The translations under genes and the position numbers were made by a program. The notes beneath the pieces were generated by a model, which worked only from the letters and a program-made list of their open reading frames with translations, was not told the DNA's origin and made no database searches. Positions 1-7,994 of a stretch of 10,661 bases of DNA are shown here, in pieces; the first letter of the stretch is position 1, and every line of letters begins with the position of its first letter. The DNA is from an uncultured Fibrobacterales bacterium (GTDB taxonomy: Bacteria; Fibrobacterota; Fibrobacteria; Fibrobacterales; CAWVXU01), in assembly GCA_963934255.1 (NCBI GenBank), contig CAWVXU010000088.1, forward strand, positions 1 through 10,661, written 5' to 3'.

Positions 1-242
1 GCGAAATCATCTTGGGCTAATGCATGAGAAATACTCAAGTAGTTTGAATACATCGAATCTAAATGAACTGACACGATAGGACTCAGCTGTTCGGCTTGAG
101 TTTTAGCAGTCGCTTCTTGGATAGTGGATTTTGGTTTCATTTTCATCGGTTGATTCGGTCGATGACTATGGCTAGTTCCCGCCATTATTATTGTAGTTAA
201 CAATAAAACTATAAGTACTGTGAGGTTGTTTAACTTTTTCAT
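1..242 (-). CDS. Secreted/periplasmic DUF3347-like protein, 5' part only (runs off the window edge); likely accessory metal-binding protein of the efflux operon
   Basis: Not in the ORF track; translated by hand from ATG at 242: MKKLNNLTVLIVLLLTTIIMAGTSHSHRPNQPMKMKPKSTIQEATAKTQAEQLSPIVSVHLDSMYSNYLSISHALAQDDF..., open to the window edge. SD-like AAGGA at 255-251. Signal-peptide-like N-terminus and a His/Met-rich stretch. 'YLSISHALAQDD' resembles the Y-x-x-L/I-x-x-A-L-x-x-D-D start of DUF3347 domains associated with CusB/CusA loci. Confidence 0.8.
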   Translation of the reverse strand, partial: MKKLNNLTVLIVLLLTTIIMAGTSHSHRPNQPMKMKPKSTIQEATAKTQAEQLSPIVSVHLDSMYSNYLSISHALAQDDF

Positions 243-300
243 ACTCTATTTCCTTAGTTGGTATTTATACTATTTCGTTTTTCGATTTTAATGTTTAATT

Positions 301-3300
301 TTATTTTAAATATTTTTTCAATTTGTACTCCTCGACAATAGACGTCAGCACTGGTACGACAAATACGCTGACTATCACTATCAACATCCCACCAAAAGAA
401 GGAATGGACATAGGAAGCATGACATCTGAACCTCTTCCATCACTGGTCAATACAGGGGTAAGCGCAAGTAGAGTAGTTGATGTTGTCATGATACATGGCC
501 TGATACGTTTCTCACCTGCTTTGATAATCGCGTCAAAGAGTGATTTACGATCGAAAGATTTCGTGGCTTCAAGTTGTTGGGATATATATTCACTCATGAC
601 TACACCATCATCAGTTGCTATACCTGAAAGTGCTATGAACCCTACCCAAACTGCCACACTTAAATTGACCGTTCTGATTTGAAATAATTCTCTTAGGTCA
701 ATACTAAAAAAACTAAAGTTTAAAAACCAATCTGTGTTATATAAACCAATGAGTAAAAAGCCACCAGACCAAGCAATAAATACTCCGGTGTAGATCACTA
801 GGACCGTTGAAAACTTTCCAAACTGAAGGTACAGTATCAACATGACAATAAGAAGCGCGAGCGGCAGTACAATGGATAGTGTTTTAGCTGAACGCAATTG
901 GTTCTCGTAATTTCCAGTAAACTTGTAACTCACACCGGCTGGCACAGTCAATTGATTGTTGGCTATTTTATCATTCAAATGCTTTTGTGCTTTTTCAATC
1001 ACATCCGTTTCTGACTTCCCTGGAGTTTTGTCAAAAACAACATATCCGACTAAAAATCCATCTTCACTCTTAATCACCATAGGACCACGACTAAATTCAA
1101 TCGATGCTACTTGAGATACAGGTATTTGAGCGCCAGATTGAGTCGCAATTAGAACGTTTTTCATGGCCTCAATATTATCGCGTTCTTCACGTAGATATCT
1201 GACTCTTATCGGGTAACGCTCGCGGCCTTCCACCGTATAACTTGCCGTTCGACCACCAAGAGCAGCCATAAGTGTCATCTGAACATTCTGGATGGACAAA
1301 CCTAAACGTGCGGCTTTTTTGCGATCGATATTAAATTCCAAATAAGGTTTACCAACAATACGGTCTGCAATAACTGTGGCAGGCTCAACACCTTCGGACA
1401 TTTTAAGCTCTTGTTCGAGTTTAAGTCCGAAATCCTCAATTGTTTTTAGGTCTGGACCTTTTACTTTTATACCCATTGGGCCTCTCATACCACTTTGTAA
1501 CATGACAATTCTGGCGGCAATAGGCATTAATTTTGGAGCTGAAGTCATTCCTGGTATCTTTAACATCCCCACAATTTCGGTCCAGATATCATCCGGGCTT
1601 TTGATGTGACTACGCCATTGCCTTGTCCTGATACCCACACTATCTGTGGCATACTCAGTCTTATAGTTAATAATCACCTCAAACATAGATGGAGGCGCTG
1701 GGTCCAAAGATGATTCAGCACGTCCTAATTTGCCTACCACGAGCTCGACTTCAGGTATAGTCATCAAGAGTTGATCAAGGATTGAAAGCTGCTCTTGGGC
1801 TTCTTCAAAAGACGCATGCGGCATCGTAGTTGGCATCAGTAAAAAAGACCCCTCATCAAGTGCTGGCATAAATTCTTTGCCTGTATTGGACCAAGAGATA
1901 ACCCCGCCGACAAGTAAGGTACATGGGAAAGCCAAAAACATCGTTCGGTTATTGAGGCACCAACGAAGCATCATAGGATAGATCTTGATGAAATAGTTAA
2001 AGAGCAAGAGGACCCCATACAAAACCCCACTCACAAATAAAAGATTCCCTAGTTCTCCTGCATTGGGTCCCAGTGGCATCCAATGATGTGAAAGATAGAC
2101 TGTAGCTAAAATAAGCAGGCCACGTAAAAACCAAGTATTCGTTCTTTGCTTTGATTTTGATAGAACCTTTTTACCCTTATTAAACAACAATAGTGCTAAT
2201 GGTGGAATCACAATTAATCCAAGTAAAAGTGCCGACACTAAGGCGAAGGTTTTGGTATAAGCGAGTGGCTTAAAGAGCTTACCTTCTGCGGCAGTCATGG
2301 TAAATATGGGAATAAAACTAATCACTGTAGTTGACACAGCGGTTAGAATTGCACCGGCGACTTCCTTGGTAGCAAGATAGATCACTTGGATTTTAGAGTC
2401 TTTTTCCTTGGCCTTCTCTAGATGGACAATAATATTTTCACATAAAATAATCCCCATATCTACCATGGTACCAATGGCAATAGCAATCCCCGACAAGGCG
2501 ACCACATTGGCATCCACATTAAATATTTTCATTAAAACAAAACAAATTAAAACCGCAATAGGTAATAATATTGAGATGACTAAACTCGATCTCAGATGTC
2601 CCAGCATAAATAATATTACAATCACTGTGATAAGAATCTCTTCACTCAAAGCACTCTTTAAAGTATTTAAAGTCTCATTAATTAAACCCGCTCTATTGTA
2701 AAACGGTACAATAGAAACCTTACTCACAGTGCCATCAGCGAGTATTCGACTTGGTAGACCAGGGGCTATCTCCAAAACCTTGGCTTCAATTCCTTTAATT
2801 GCTTCAAGAGGGTTATCGCCATATCTTACAACGACTACTCCACCCGCTACATCTACACCCATTTTATCTAAAGCACCACGTCTTGGTGCCGGACCCAGAT
2901 GCACATGAGCAATTTGGTCAAGCATGATTGGCTGATTATCTCTTTCAACAATCAAGGTGGCTTTGAGATCCTCAATATTCTTGACATAGCCCTTCGCTCG
3001 TATCACATACTCAGCTCTATTAATTTCTACCGTCCGAGCGCCTACATCTTTATTTGATTCAGAAATCGCCTGGTAAACTTTTTCAAGTGAGATATTAAAG
3101 TGACGAAGTTTATCAGGATCAATATCGACTTGATATTCTCGGTTCATCCCACCAGCAGAAGCGACTTCGGCAATACCTTTGACTCCCTGTAATGCATATT
3201 TTATATAAAAGTCATTGATACTTTTTAATTCATCTAAATCCCAACCTCCAACTGGGTTCCCTAAACTATCAAGACCTTCAAGAGTGTACCAATAGACTTG

Positions 3301-3774
3301 GCCTAAGGCGGTCGCATCGGGCCCAAGAGTGGGTTGAACTTCTGTAGGCAAAACACCACTCGGTAAGCTACTGAGCTTTTCGAGGATCCTACTCCTAGAC
3401 CAATAAAAGTCAACATCCTCTTCAAATATCACATAGATAGAAGAAAATCCAAAATACGAATAGGATCTTATTGTCTTGACGCCGGGAACACCCATGAGCT
3501 GGACAGTCATCGGATAGGTGATTTGATCTTCTACATCTTGGGGGCTTCTACCATTCCATTCAGTAAATACGATTTGTTGGTTCTCACCAATGTCAGGGAT
3601 AGCATCTACAGGAACTGCGTATCTAGGAACTCCTATATTAAAATCAAAAGGTGATGTGGATAAGCCTGCAAAAATAAGGAAACCTAGAATGATGAAAACA
3701 ATCAGCTTTCTCTCTAAGCTAAATCGAATCAGGGCGTTTAAAAGGCCTTTATCTTCTGGTAGGAGATTGGACAT
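301..3774 (-). CDS. cusA: Heavy-metal efflux RND permease, CusA/SilA type (Cu+/Ag+)
   Basis: 1157 aa. CusA-type motifs: PVDAIPDI, W-x-GRSPQDVEDQITYP, LGPDATALG, TM4 AIAIGTMVDMGIILCEN (D439/E446, matching E. coli CusA D405/E412), EGKLFKPLAYTKTF, GKEFMPALDEG. Met triad M647/M697/M758 sits in contexts matching CusA M573/M623/M672. The start overlaps the upstream stop by 1 nt (TAATG at 3776-3772). Confidence 0.93.
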   Translation of the reverse strand: MSNLLPEDKGLLNALIRFSLERKLIVFIILGFLIFAGLSTSPFDFNIGVPRYAVPVDAIPDIGENQQIVFTEWNGRSPQDVEDQITYPMTVQLMGVPGVKTIRSYSYFGFSSIYVIFEEDVDFYWSRSRILEKLSSLPSGVLPTEVQPTLGPDATALGQVYWYTLEGLDSLGNPVGGWDLDELKSINDFYIKYALQGVKGIAEVASAGGMNREYQVDIDPDKLRHFNISLEKVYQAISESNKDVGARTVEINRAEYVIRAKGYVKNIEDLKATLIVERDNQPIMLDQIAHVHLGPAPRRGALDKMGVDVAGGVVVVRYGDNPLEAIKGIEAKVLEIAPGLPSRILADGTVSKVSIVPFYNRAGLINETLNTLKSALSEEILITVIVILFMLGHLRSSLVISILLPIAVLICFVLMKIFNVDANVVALSGIAIAIGTMVDMGIILCENIIVHLEKAKEKDSKIQVIYLATKEVAGAILTAVSTTVISFIPIFTMTAAEGKLFKPLAYTKTFALVSALLLGLIVIPPLALLLFNKGKKVLSKSKQRTNTWFLRGLLILATVYLSHHWMPLGPNAGELGNLLFVSGVLYGVLLLFNYFIKIYPMMLRWCLNNRTMFLAFPCTLLVGGVISWSNTGKEFMPALDEGSFLLMPTTMPHASFEEAQEQLSILDQLLMTIPEVELVVGKLGRAESSLDPAPPSMFEVIINYKTEYATDSVGIRTRQWRSHIKSPDDIWTEIVGMLKIPGMTSAPKLMPIAARIVMLQSGMRGPMGIKVKGPDLKTIEDFGLKLEQELKMSEGVEPATVIADRIVGKPYLEFNIDRKKAARLGLSIQNVQMTLMAALGGRTASYTVEGRERYPIRVRYLREERDNIEAMKNVLIATQSGAQIPVSQVASIEFSRGPMVIKSEDGFLVGYVVFDKTPGKSETDVIEKAQKHLNDKIANNQLTVPAGVSYKFTGNYENQLRSAKTLSIVLPLALLIVMLILYLQFGKFSTVLVIYTGVFIAWSGGFLLIGLYNTDWFLNFSFFSIDLRELFQIRTVNLSVAVWVGFIALSGIATDDGVVMSEYISQQLEATKSFDRKSLFDAIIKAGEKRIRPCIMTTSTTLLALTPVLTSDGRGSDVMLPMSIPSFGGMLIVIVSVFVVPVLTSIVEEYKLKKYLK

Positions 3775-5081
3775 TATTTGTCGCCTTGATGGAGAGTTTC
3801 TTTGTTATCACTCATGCTGCCGCGATTATGAACTGCATTCACGATTCCGGCTTGTGGATACATCATTGATGGATTTGCTTGAATCTGCATAGCAGCATCA
3901 ATTTTAAAAGCACCTCTTTTAACAATAGTTTCACCCCCGGTTAATCCACGTAGGACTTCATATTGTCCATTGATAATAGAACCTAATTCGACTACACGAT
4001 TAGTATAAACGCCTTCTGCTTCCTCGACATAAACTAAAGCTCTTTTTCCTGTGAACAAAGGAGCTGATTCCGGAATGTAAAGTTTATTTACGGTATCCTT
4101 AATTCTTAATTTCCCACGGACTAACATCCCTGGTTTAAGTAGCTTCTTTTTGTTTTTGACAGTCAGTCTGATTCTTATCGTTCTCGTTTTTGGATTGAGT
4201 ACTGGGTCGATAAATTCCACTTTTGATGTAAAAATGTGGCCTGGTAAATTTTCGGCACTCAGTTCAATCTTTTGTCCTCGTTGAATTAATGTCAAGTCCT
4301 TTTCAAAAACCTCCAACTCCACCCAAAGGCTATAACTCGAACCCAACTTAATTAAAGGAGTTCCTGTTTTGACGTATTGACCTTCTACTACTCCGAGAGA
4401 AACCACGACACCACTATTTTGGGCCCGCTGTACTACTCGTTCAGAGTTCATGCTAGTCAACTCTTTAATTCTTGAATCATCTAATCCTAGTAACTCAAGT
4501 TTTTTGTGTACCGCATGGATAAGTTTGATATCTCCATTTAAGTTGGCCTGCTTCCATTCTTCAGCTGCAGTATAAAGTTCTGGGCTATAAACCTCTGCTA
4601 TGACTTGACCTTTTTTAACATATTGGCCCGTATAGCTGACATGTAATTTTTCAATTCTACCTCCAAACCAAGCAGTCTCTGTTTTGAGAAGAGTTTCATT
4701 CCAGGCGATCATTCCATTTAGTTCTTTATCGCCATCTAATTGGCCATTGACAACTTTAACGGTTTGAACTTTTGCAAGCTGACGTGCATAAGGCGATAAC
4801 TGTATATTGGGTCCATCAACATCACTTGTGTTTTTATTTGATTCTAAGACAATGAGGTCCATCCCACAAATTGGGCATTGACCAGAGCTAGGTAATTTAA
4901 TCTGTGGGTGCATAGAACAGGTCCAAGTATCTACTTGCGTTTTGGATTGCTCCTCTGAAGCATGACTATGGCCTTCTTGGATTGAATGATTTCCCGACCC
5001 AATGCCAAATCCGACTACTAGGGAAATGACCATAATGAGTACCATAATAATTATTGAATTTTTATCAAAAGATTTTTTCAT
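3774..5081 (-). CDS. cusB: RND efflux periplasmic adaptor (membrane fusion protein), CusB type, with N-terminal heavy-metal-binding domain
   Basis: 435 aa. N-terminal membrane anchor, His-rich segment, WTCSMHPQI-x7-CPICGMDL motif (aa 53-76), GRIEKLHV...GQYVKKGQ...YSPEL lipoyl/hairpin motifs, FIDPVLNPKTRTIRIRL, LKPGM. SD AAGGAG at 5093-5088. Located between tolC-like and cusA-like genes. Confidence 0.92.
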   Translation of the reverse strand: MKKSFDKNSIIIMVLIMVISLVVGFGIGSGNHSIQEGHSHASEEQSKTQVDTWTCSMHPQIKLPSSGQCPICGMDLIVLESNKNTSDVDGPNIQLSPYARQLAKVQTVKVVNGQLDGDKELNGMIAWNETLLKTETAWFGGRIEKLHVSYTGQYVKKGQVIAEVYSPELYTAAEEWKQANLNGDIKLIHAVHKKLELLGLDDSRIKELTSMNSERVVQRAQNSGVVVSLGVVEGQYVKTGTPLIKLGSSYSLWVELEVFEKDLTLIQRGQKIELSAENLPGHIFTSKVEFIDPVLNPKTRTIRIRLTVKNKKKLLKPGMLVRGKLRIKDTVNKLYIPESAPLFTGKRALVYVEEAEGVYTNRVVELGSIINGQYEVLRGLTGGETIVKRGAFKIDAAMQIQANPSMMYPQAGIVNAVHNRGSMSDNKETLHQGDK

Positions 5082-5082
5082 T

Positions 5083-6393
5083 TTACTCTCCTTTGTCTAA
5101 TTGAGACGAGAAGCTATTCACAGCATAAGGGAACTCAAACTGAGATGATTCATCACCTAAAATCCAAAGCAATGTTGACTTGGCTTTAAACTCATTACCT
5201 GCGACTACATAAATTTTGCGTTGTAAATTTAACCGCATTCTATAATCATCTATTAGTTGCATAAACCCCTGTCTTCCAGACACATATGATTGTTCACTAA
5301 CAGCAATAGATTGTTCAATATTGGGTAAAATTGTATTTCGATACAAATTGATTCTTCGCATTGATTCTTCAATTTGATTGAAACTTTTTTTTGTTATTTT
5401 TGAAACCATTAAGGATTGTTCTTGTGTTAAAACATCGGCTTGCTTTTGACCGATCAGGGTTTCTTTAATTGAGGCAGAAGTCTTAGTGAAAGATAACGGC
5501 AGAGTCATGCCTACATTGATTAACCAAGAGTCATTACCACTCTTTGCAACACCTGGTGCTTCTCCAGTTTTTATATAGTCTAATCCAATTGTTAAGTTAG
5601 GTAAATATCCATTTCGGCTCAGTGATTCTTGAGCTGCCCAAAAAGACTTCTTAGCCATTGCCGCCTGCAGTAGTGGATTTGAAATAATTTCGGCAGGGAA
5701 TACTTGAGTACCTAGCTGCGTTGAAATATTTAGAAATGTATTGCTATCAATAGAGAAATTAATTTCCTTTTGATTAGTGGCTTCACTTAGATCGAAATAC
5801 CTATCAGCTAGCTTACGAGATAAGTTGCTAGATTCATCTTTTAAAACCTCAATTTCATTTTTCATTTTCAAAACATTTGCATAAGATGATTTCCCTGTTT
5901 GATAATCTATCATCAGCTTTTTCTTCCAATTTTGATACAGCTTAATTGTTTTCTCCACAACACCTTTATTCAAGCTCAGCACTTGAATATCTGACCAAGC
6001 ATGGCGTATACTTAAGATAAGTCTCGCTTTAGTTCCCAGAAGCATACTTTCTGTGATAGCCGCTTTTTTTCGAATCACATTTTTTTGATCTATTAATTTT
6101 CCAGGCCAAGGTATGCTTTGTTGAATTCCAAACTTCTGCTCTTGTGGGCCTACTTTTGTTTGTACGCTCTCACCAAACCAAGAATAAGTCATCATCGGAT
6201 CGGGTAATTCACCGACTTGGTTGACCTCTTGTAGTTGCATTTCTTTTTGTAAAACAACCTGCTTGATTTTAGGACTCTCTTGTAAAGCGAGTTGACTCAC
6301 TCTACTCAGATCTAATGTTTCTCCGGCCATCACAGAATAGCCAATTGTAACATAAACTAATAGCAGTAAATAATTCATTTTAATCTCATTCAT
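5083..6393 (-). CDS. TolC-family outer membrane efflux protein (CusC/CzcC role)
   Basis: 436 aa, signal-peptide-like N-terminus without a lipobox Cys. Motifs LPDPM...GPQEQKFGIQQSIPWPGKL, YLPNLTIG, VGMTLPL, SYVSGR-x-x-F-x-x-LID typical of metal-efflux outer membrane factors. Stop lies 1 nt before the cusB start. Start could be M1 (6393) or M6 (6378). Confidence 0.9.
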   Translation of the reverse strand: MNEIKMNYLLLLVYVTIGYSVMAGETLDLSRVSQLALQESPKIKQVVLQKEMQLQEVNQVGELPDPMMTYSWFGESVQTKVGPQEQKFGIQQSIPWPGKLIDQKNVIRKKAAITESMLLGTKARLILSIRHAWSDIQVLSLNKGVVEKTIKLYQNWKKKLMIDYQTGKSSYANVLKMKNEIEVLKDESSNLSRKLADRYFDLSEATNQKEINFSIDSNTFLNISTQLGTQVFPAEIISNPLLQAAMAKKSFWAAQESLSRNGYLPNLTIGLDYIKTGEAPGVAKSGNDSWLINVGMTLPLSFTKTSASIKETLIGQKQADVLTQEQSLMVSKITKKSFNQIEESMRRINLYRNTILPNIEQSIAVSEQSYVSGRQGFMQLIDDYRMRLNLQRKIYVVAGNEFKAKSTLLWILGDESSQFEFPYAVNSFSSQLDKGE

Positions 6394-6396
6394 TGT

Positions 6397-6440
6397 AAAA
6401 AACAGACATGCCTTTTGTATTAGTTATACAAGAAGGGTGT
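6397..6440 (-). promoter_or_regulatory. Hairpin followed by U6 tract immediately upstream of the tolC-like start; candidate attenuator/terminator-like or translational control element
   Basis: Minus-strand RNA ACAC-CCUU-C-UUGUAU-[AACUA]-AUACAA-AAGG-CAUGU-CUG-UUUUUU-ACA-AUG. Arms 6436-6426 and 6420-6411 give 10 bp with one bulge, plus outer ACA/UGU pairing. U-tract at 6402-6397. Confidence 0.5.
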
Positions 6441-6461
6441 GGTCCTAGAAATGAATGAAGT

Positions 6462-6944
6462 TTAAATTAAAAGCATTTGTTTGAACTGAAAATCAGTTGC
6501 CGTCCATTGAGTCAGATTTCTCTGGCTATTAATTTGGCTTTTGGAGTTTTCTCGAATAAGAGAATTAGAAATACTAAGAGCAAGTAGAGCACCATTAAAT
6601 GAATTGAATGATTTTAGTGTTTGATAAGGAGCTTTGTATGTTGTTTTTAGTTGAGTATAGTATTGAGGTTGTATTTGGATCAGTTCAGCCGAAGTTAAAG
6701 TACTTTGCCAAGCATCATTACATTCACAAAGTCCGATTGTTTCCGCGGTCTCCCTGGTCTCTATGTTCTCTGAAGTGATTTCCTCAGGAGCAATCTGATT
6801 TGGGCAACAACTATGCTCTACTCCCATCTCATCACGGCTCGTCAATTCACCCATCCACATAGATAGGCACGTATTTGGCATGCTTAAGCTAAATACTTGT
6901 ACGACCATTAAAACGGCCAAAATCTTGTGAATTGATGTGATCAT
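6462..6944 (-). CDS. Hypothetical Cys-rich exported/membrane-anchored protein heading the metal efflux operon (possible regulatory leader ORF)
   Basis: 160 aa with a hydrophobic N-terminus, C26, an HSCC motif, a CEC motif and a hydrophobic C-terminal tail (QMLLI). Co-oriented, 68 nt upstream of the tolC-like gene. Confidence 0.72.
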   Translation of the reverse strand: MITSIHKILAVLMVVQVFSLSMPNTCLSMWMGELTSRDEMGVEHSCCPNQIAPEEITSENIETRETAETIGLCECNDAWQSTLTSAELIQIQPQYYTQLKTTYKAPYQTLKSFNSFNGALLALSISNSLIRENSKSQINSQRNLTQWTATDFQFKQMLLI

Positions 6945-6950
6945 ATGATT

Positions 6951-6979
6951 AGTTTAAAACTTTTAGGATAAAAATGCAA
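6951..6979 (-). promoter_or_regulatory. Putative sigma70-type promoter of the metal efflux operon
   Basis: TTGCAT (6979-6974), 17-nt spacer, TAAACT (6956-6951), then 6 nt (AATCAT) to the ATG at 6944. The AT-rich background raises the chance-match rate. Confidence 0.5.
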
Positions 6980-7031
6980 TCAACTACTATGAGTTTTTAC
7001 AAAATGATGACACATAAAGGGCTTTAGCTCT

Positions 7032-7052
7032 AAAATTACCAGTCATTGGCAA
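7032..7052 (-). terminator. Weak candidate intrinsic terminator after the 170-aa gene
   Basis: Minus-strand UUGCCA-[AUGAC]-UGGUAA-UUUU starting 8 nt after the stop at 7061. Only a 6-bp stem with one G-U pair. Confidence 0.25.
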
Positions 7053-7060
7053 GTTAACCG

Positions 7061-7573
7061 CTAGTTCACCTCTTGATTTACATGGTTTTGGTTTAAACTA
7101 TCATGAGCCGATTTGATGACTTGAGCTAGCCTCAACCACGAGTCTTCTTGAATCGCCCACCCGGCTATAAGGAAAAAAGGGCGAGGCTCTAGAGTGTCAG
7201 GATCTTCTCTTAGTATGTAAAGTTTGCCATTTTGGATAATTAACTGAGAAAAGTCTTGATATCTATAACGCTTGGAGCCTGGACCAAAGAGGGCAAAGAT
7301 ATGGATATCTTGCTCTGTAATCGTTAATATGACTTTTTTGGACATTTTCAACGCAGTTAAAAGAAGAACTAAAGGCAAAAACCATACAAAGGGATCCAAC
7401 ATAATGACTGATAATTGCGATTCACTATCAAGGCCAGCTATTAATTTCCAAAGAAAAAATAGTATGGCAAATAATCCAATTATTACAGGGCGCTTAGAGG
7501 TGTACTTAAATAGCCAAGGAAATTGAATAACTATCTTTACCCCATTTACCACTTCTTTTTCTTTTTGATTCAT
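7061..7573 (-). CDS. Hypothetical membrane protein (two TM helices followed by a possible bacterial PH-like domain)
   Basis: 170 aa. Hydrophobic segments VIIGLFAILFFLWKLIAGL and PFVWFLPLVLLLTAL, followed by beta-rich VILTITEQDIHI...KRYRYQDFSQLII, a pattern common in bPH/YcxB-like proteins. Weak SD AAGAG upstream. Confidence 0.75.
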   Translation of the reverse strand: MNQKEKEVVNGVKIVIQFPWLFKYTSKRPVIIGLFAILFFLWKLIAGLDSESQLSVIMLDPFVWFLPLVLLLTALKMSKKVILTITEQDIHIFALFGPGSKRYRYQDFSQLIIQNGKLYILREDPDTLEPRPFFLIAGWAIQEDSWLRLAQVIKSAHDSLNQNHVNQEVN

Positions 7574-7627
7574 AGGCTCTTTTTAGCTATTTCATTTCTT
7601 TATTAGTTGTGTTTGCAATCAATTCAA

Positions 7628-7942
7628 TCAGTTCGATTTTTGTATTAACTTGAGTTGCTCTTTAATTAAATTTATCACAATGTCACGCTCATTATCGTCA
7701 CTCGCATCGCCAAAGTCATAGCTCCGTCTCACCCATTCTCCTTGAGTCGTCATCACTCCCCCCCAAGCGATTCCCGACCAAGCCACTTGACTTGCTTCTT
7801 GAACATCACGGTGTCGAGTATAGACAGGGGTCCACAAGATTTCATTTCCATGGGTTATGATAAAAGTCACGCCCTTTCCGCCGAAATTGACTTCGTCAAT
7901 TCTACGCAGAGTATAATCTATTATAGAATGGTTTTGTTCCAT
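7628..7942 (-). CDS. Hypothetical cytoplasmic protein, 104 aa
   Basis: ORF track starts at TTG 7960, but the ATG at 7942 has a strong SD (AGGAG at 7952-7948, 5-nt spacing), so it is the preferred start. Co-oriented, 52 nt downstream of the hemH-MFS stop. Confidence 0.72.
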   Translation of the reverse strand: MEQNHSIIDYTLRRIDEVNFGGKGVTFIITHGNEILWTPVYTRHRDVQEASQVAWSGIAWGGVMTTQGEWVRRSYDFGDASDDNERDIVINLIKEQLKLIQKSN

Positions 7943-7994
7943 CTCATCTCCTAGGCTCAAATTACCGCGATCATTTATTCACATTTATGGTTTT

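Noticed and set aside
323..3892. Plus-strand ORFs 323-682, 1376-1609, 2408-2701 and 3590-3892
   Set aside because: Antisense shadows wholly within the well-supported cusA/cusB genes; no recognisable motifs.
6386..6409. 7-codon mini-ORF MSVFYNE* on the minus strand overlapping the tolC-like start
   Set aside because: The AAGG is only 1 nt from its ATG and such short ORFs arise by chance; no independent support.
6411..6436. Inverted repeat as a CopY/CsoR operator
   Set aside because: Half-site order and spacing (TGTA-N7-TACA) do not match the TACA-NN-TGTA cop box or the GC-tract CsoR site; kept only as an unassigned hairpin/operator.
7272..7954. Plus-strand ORFs 7272-7526 and 7742-7954
   Set aside because: Antisense to longer minus-strand ORFs that fit the operon orientation and have better translation signals and composition.
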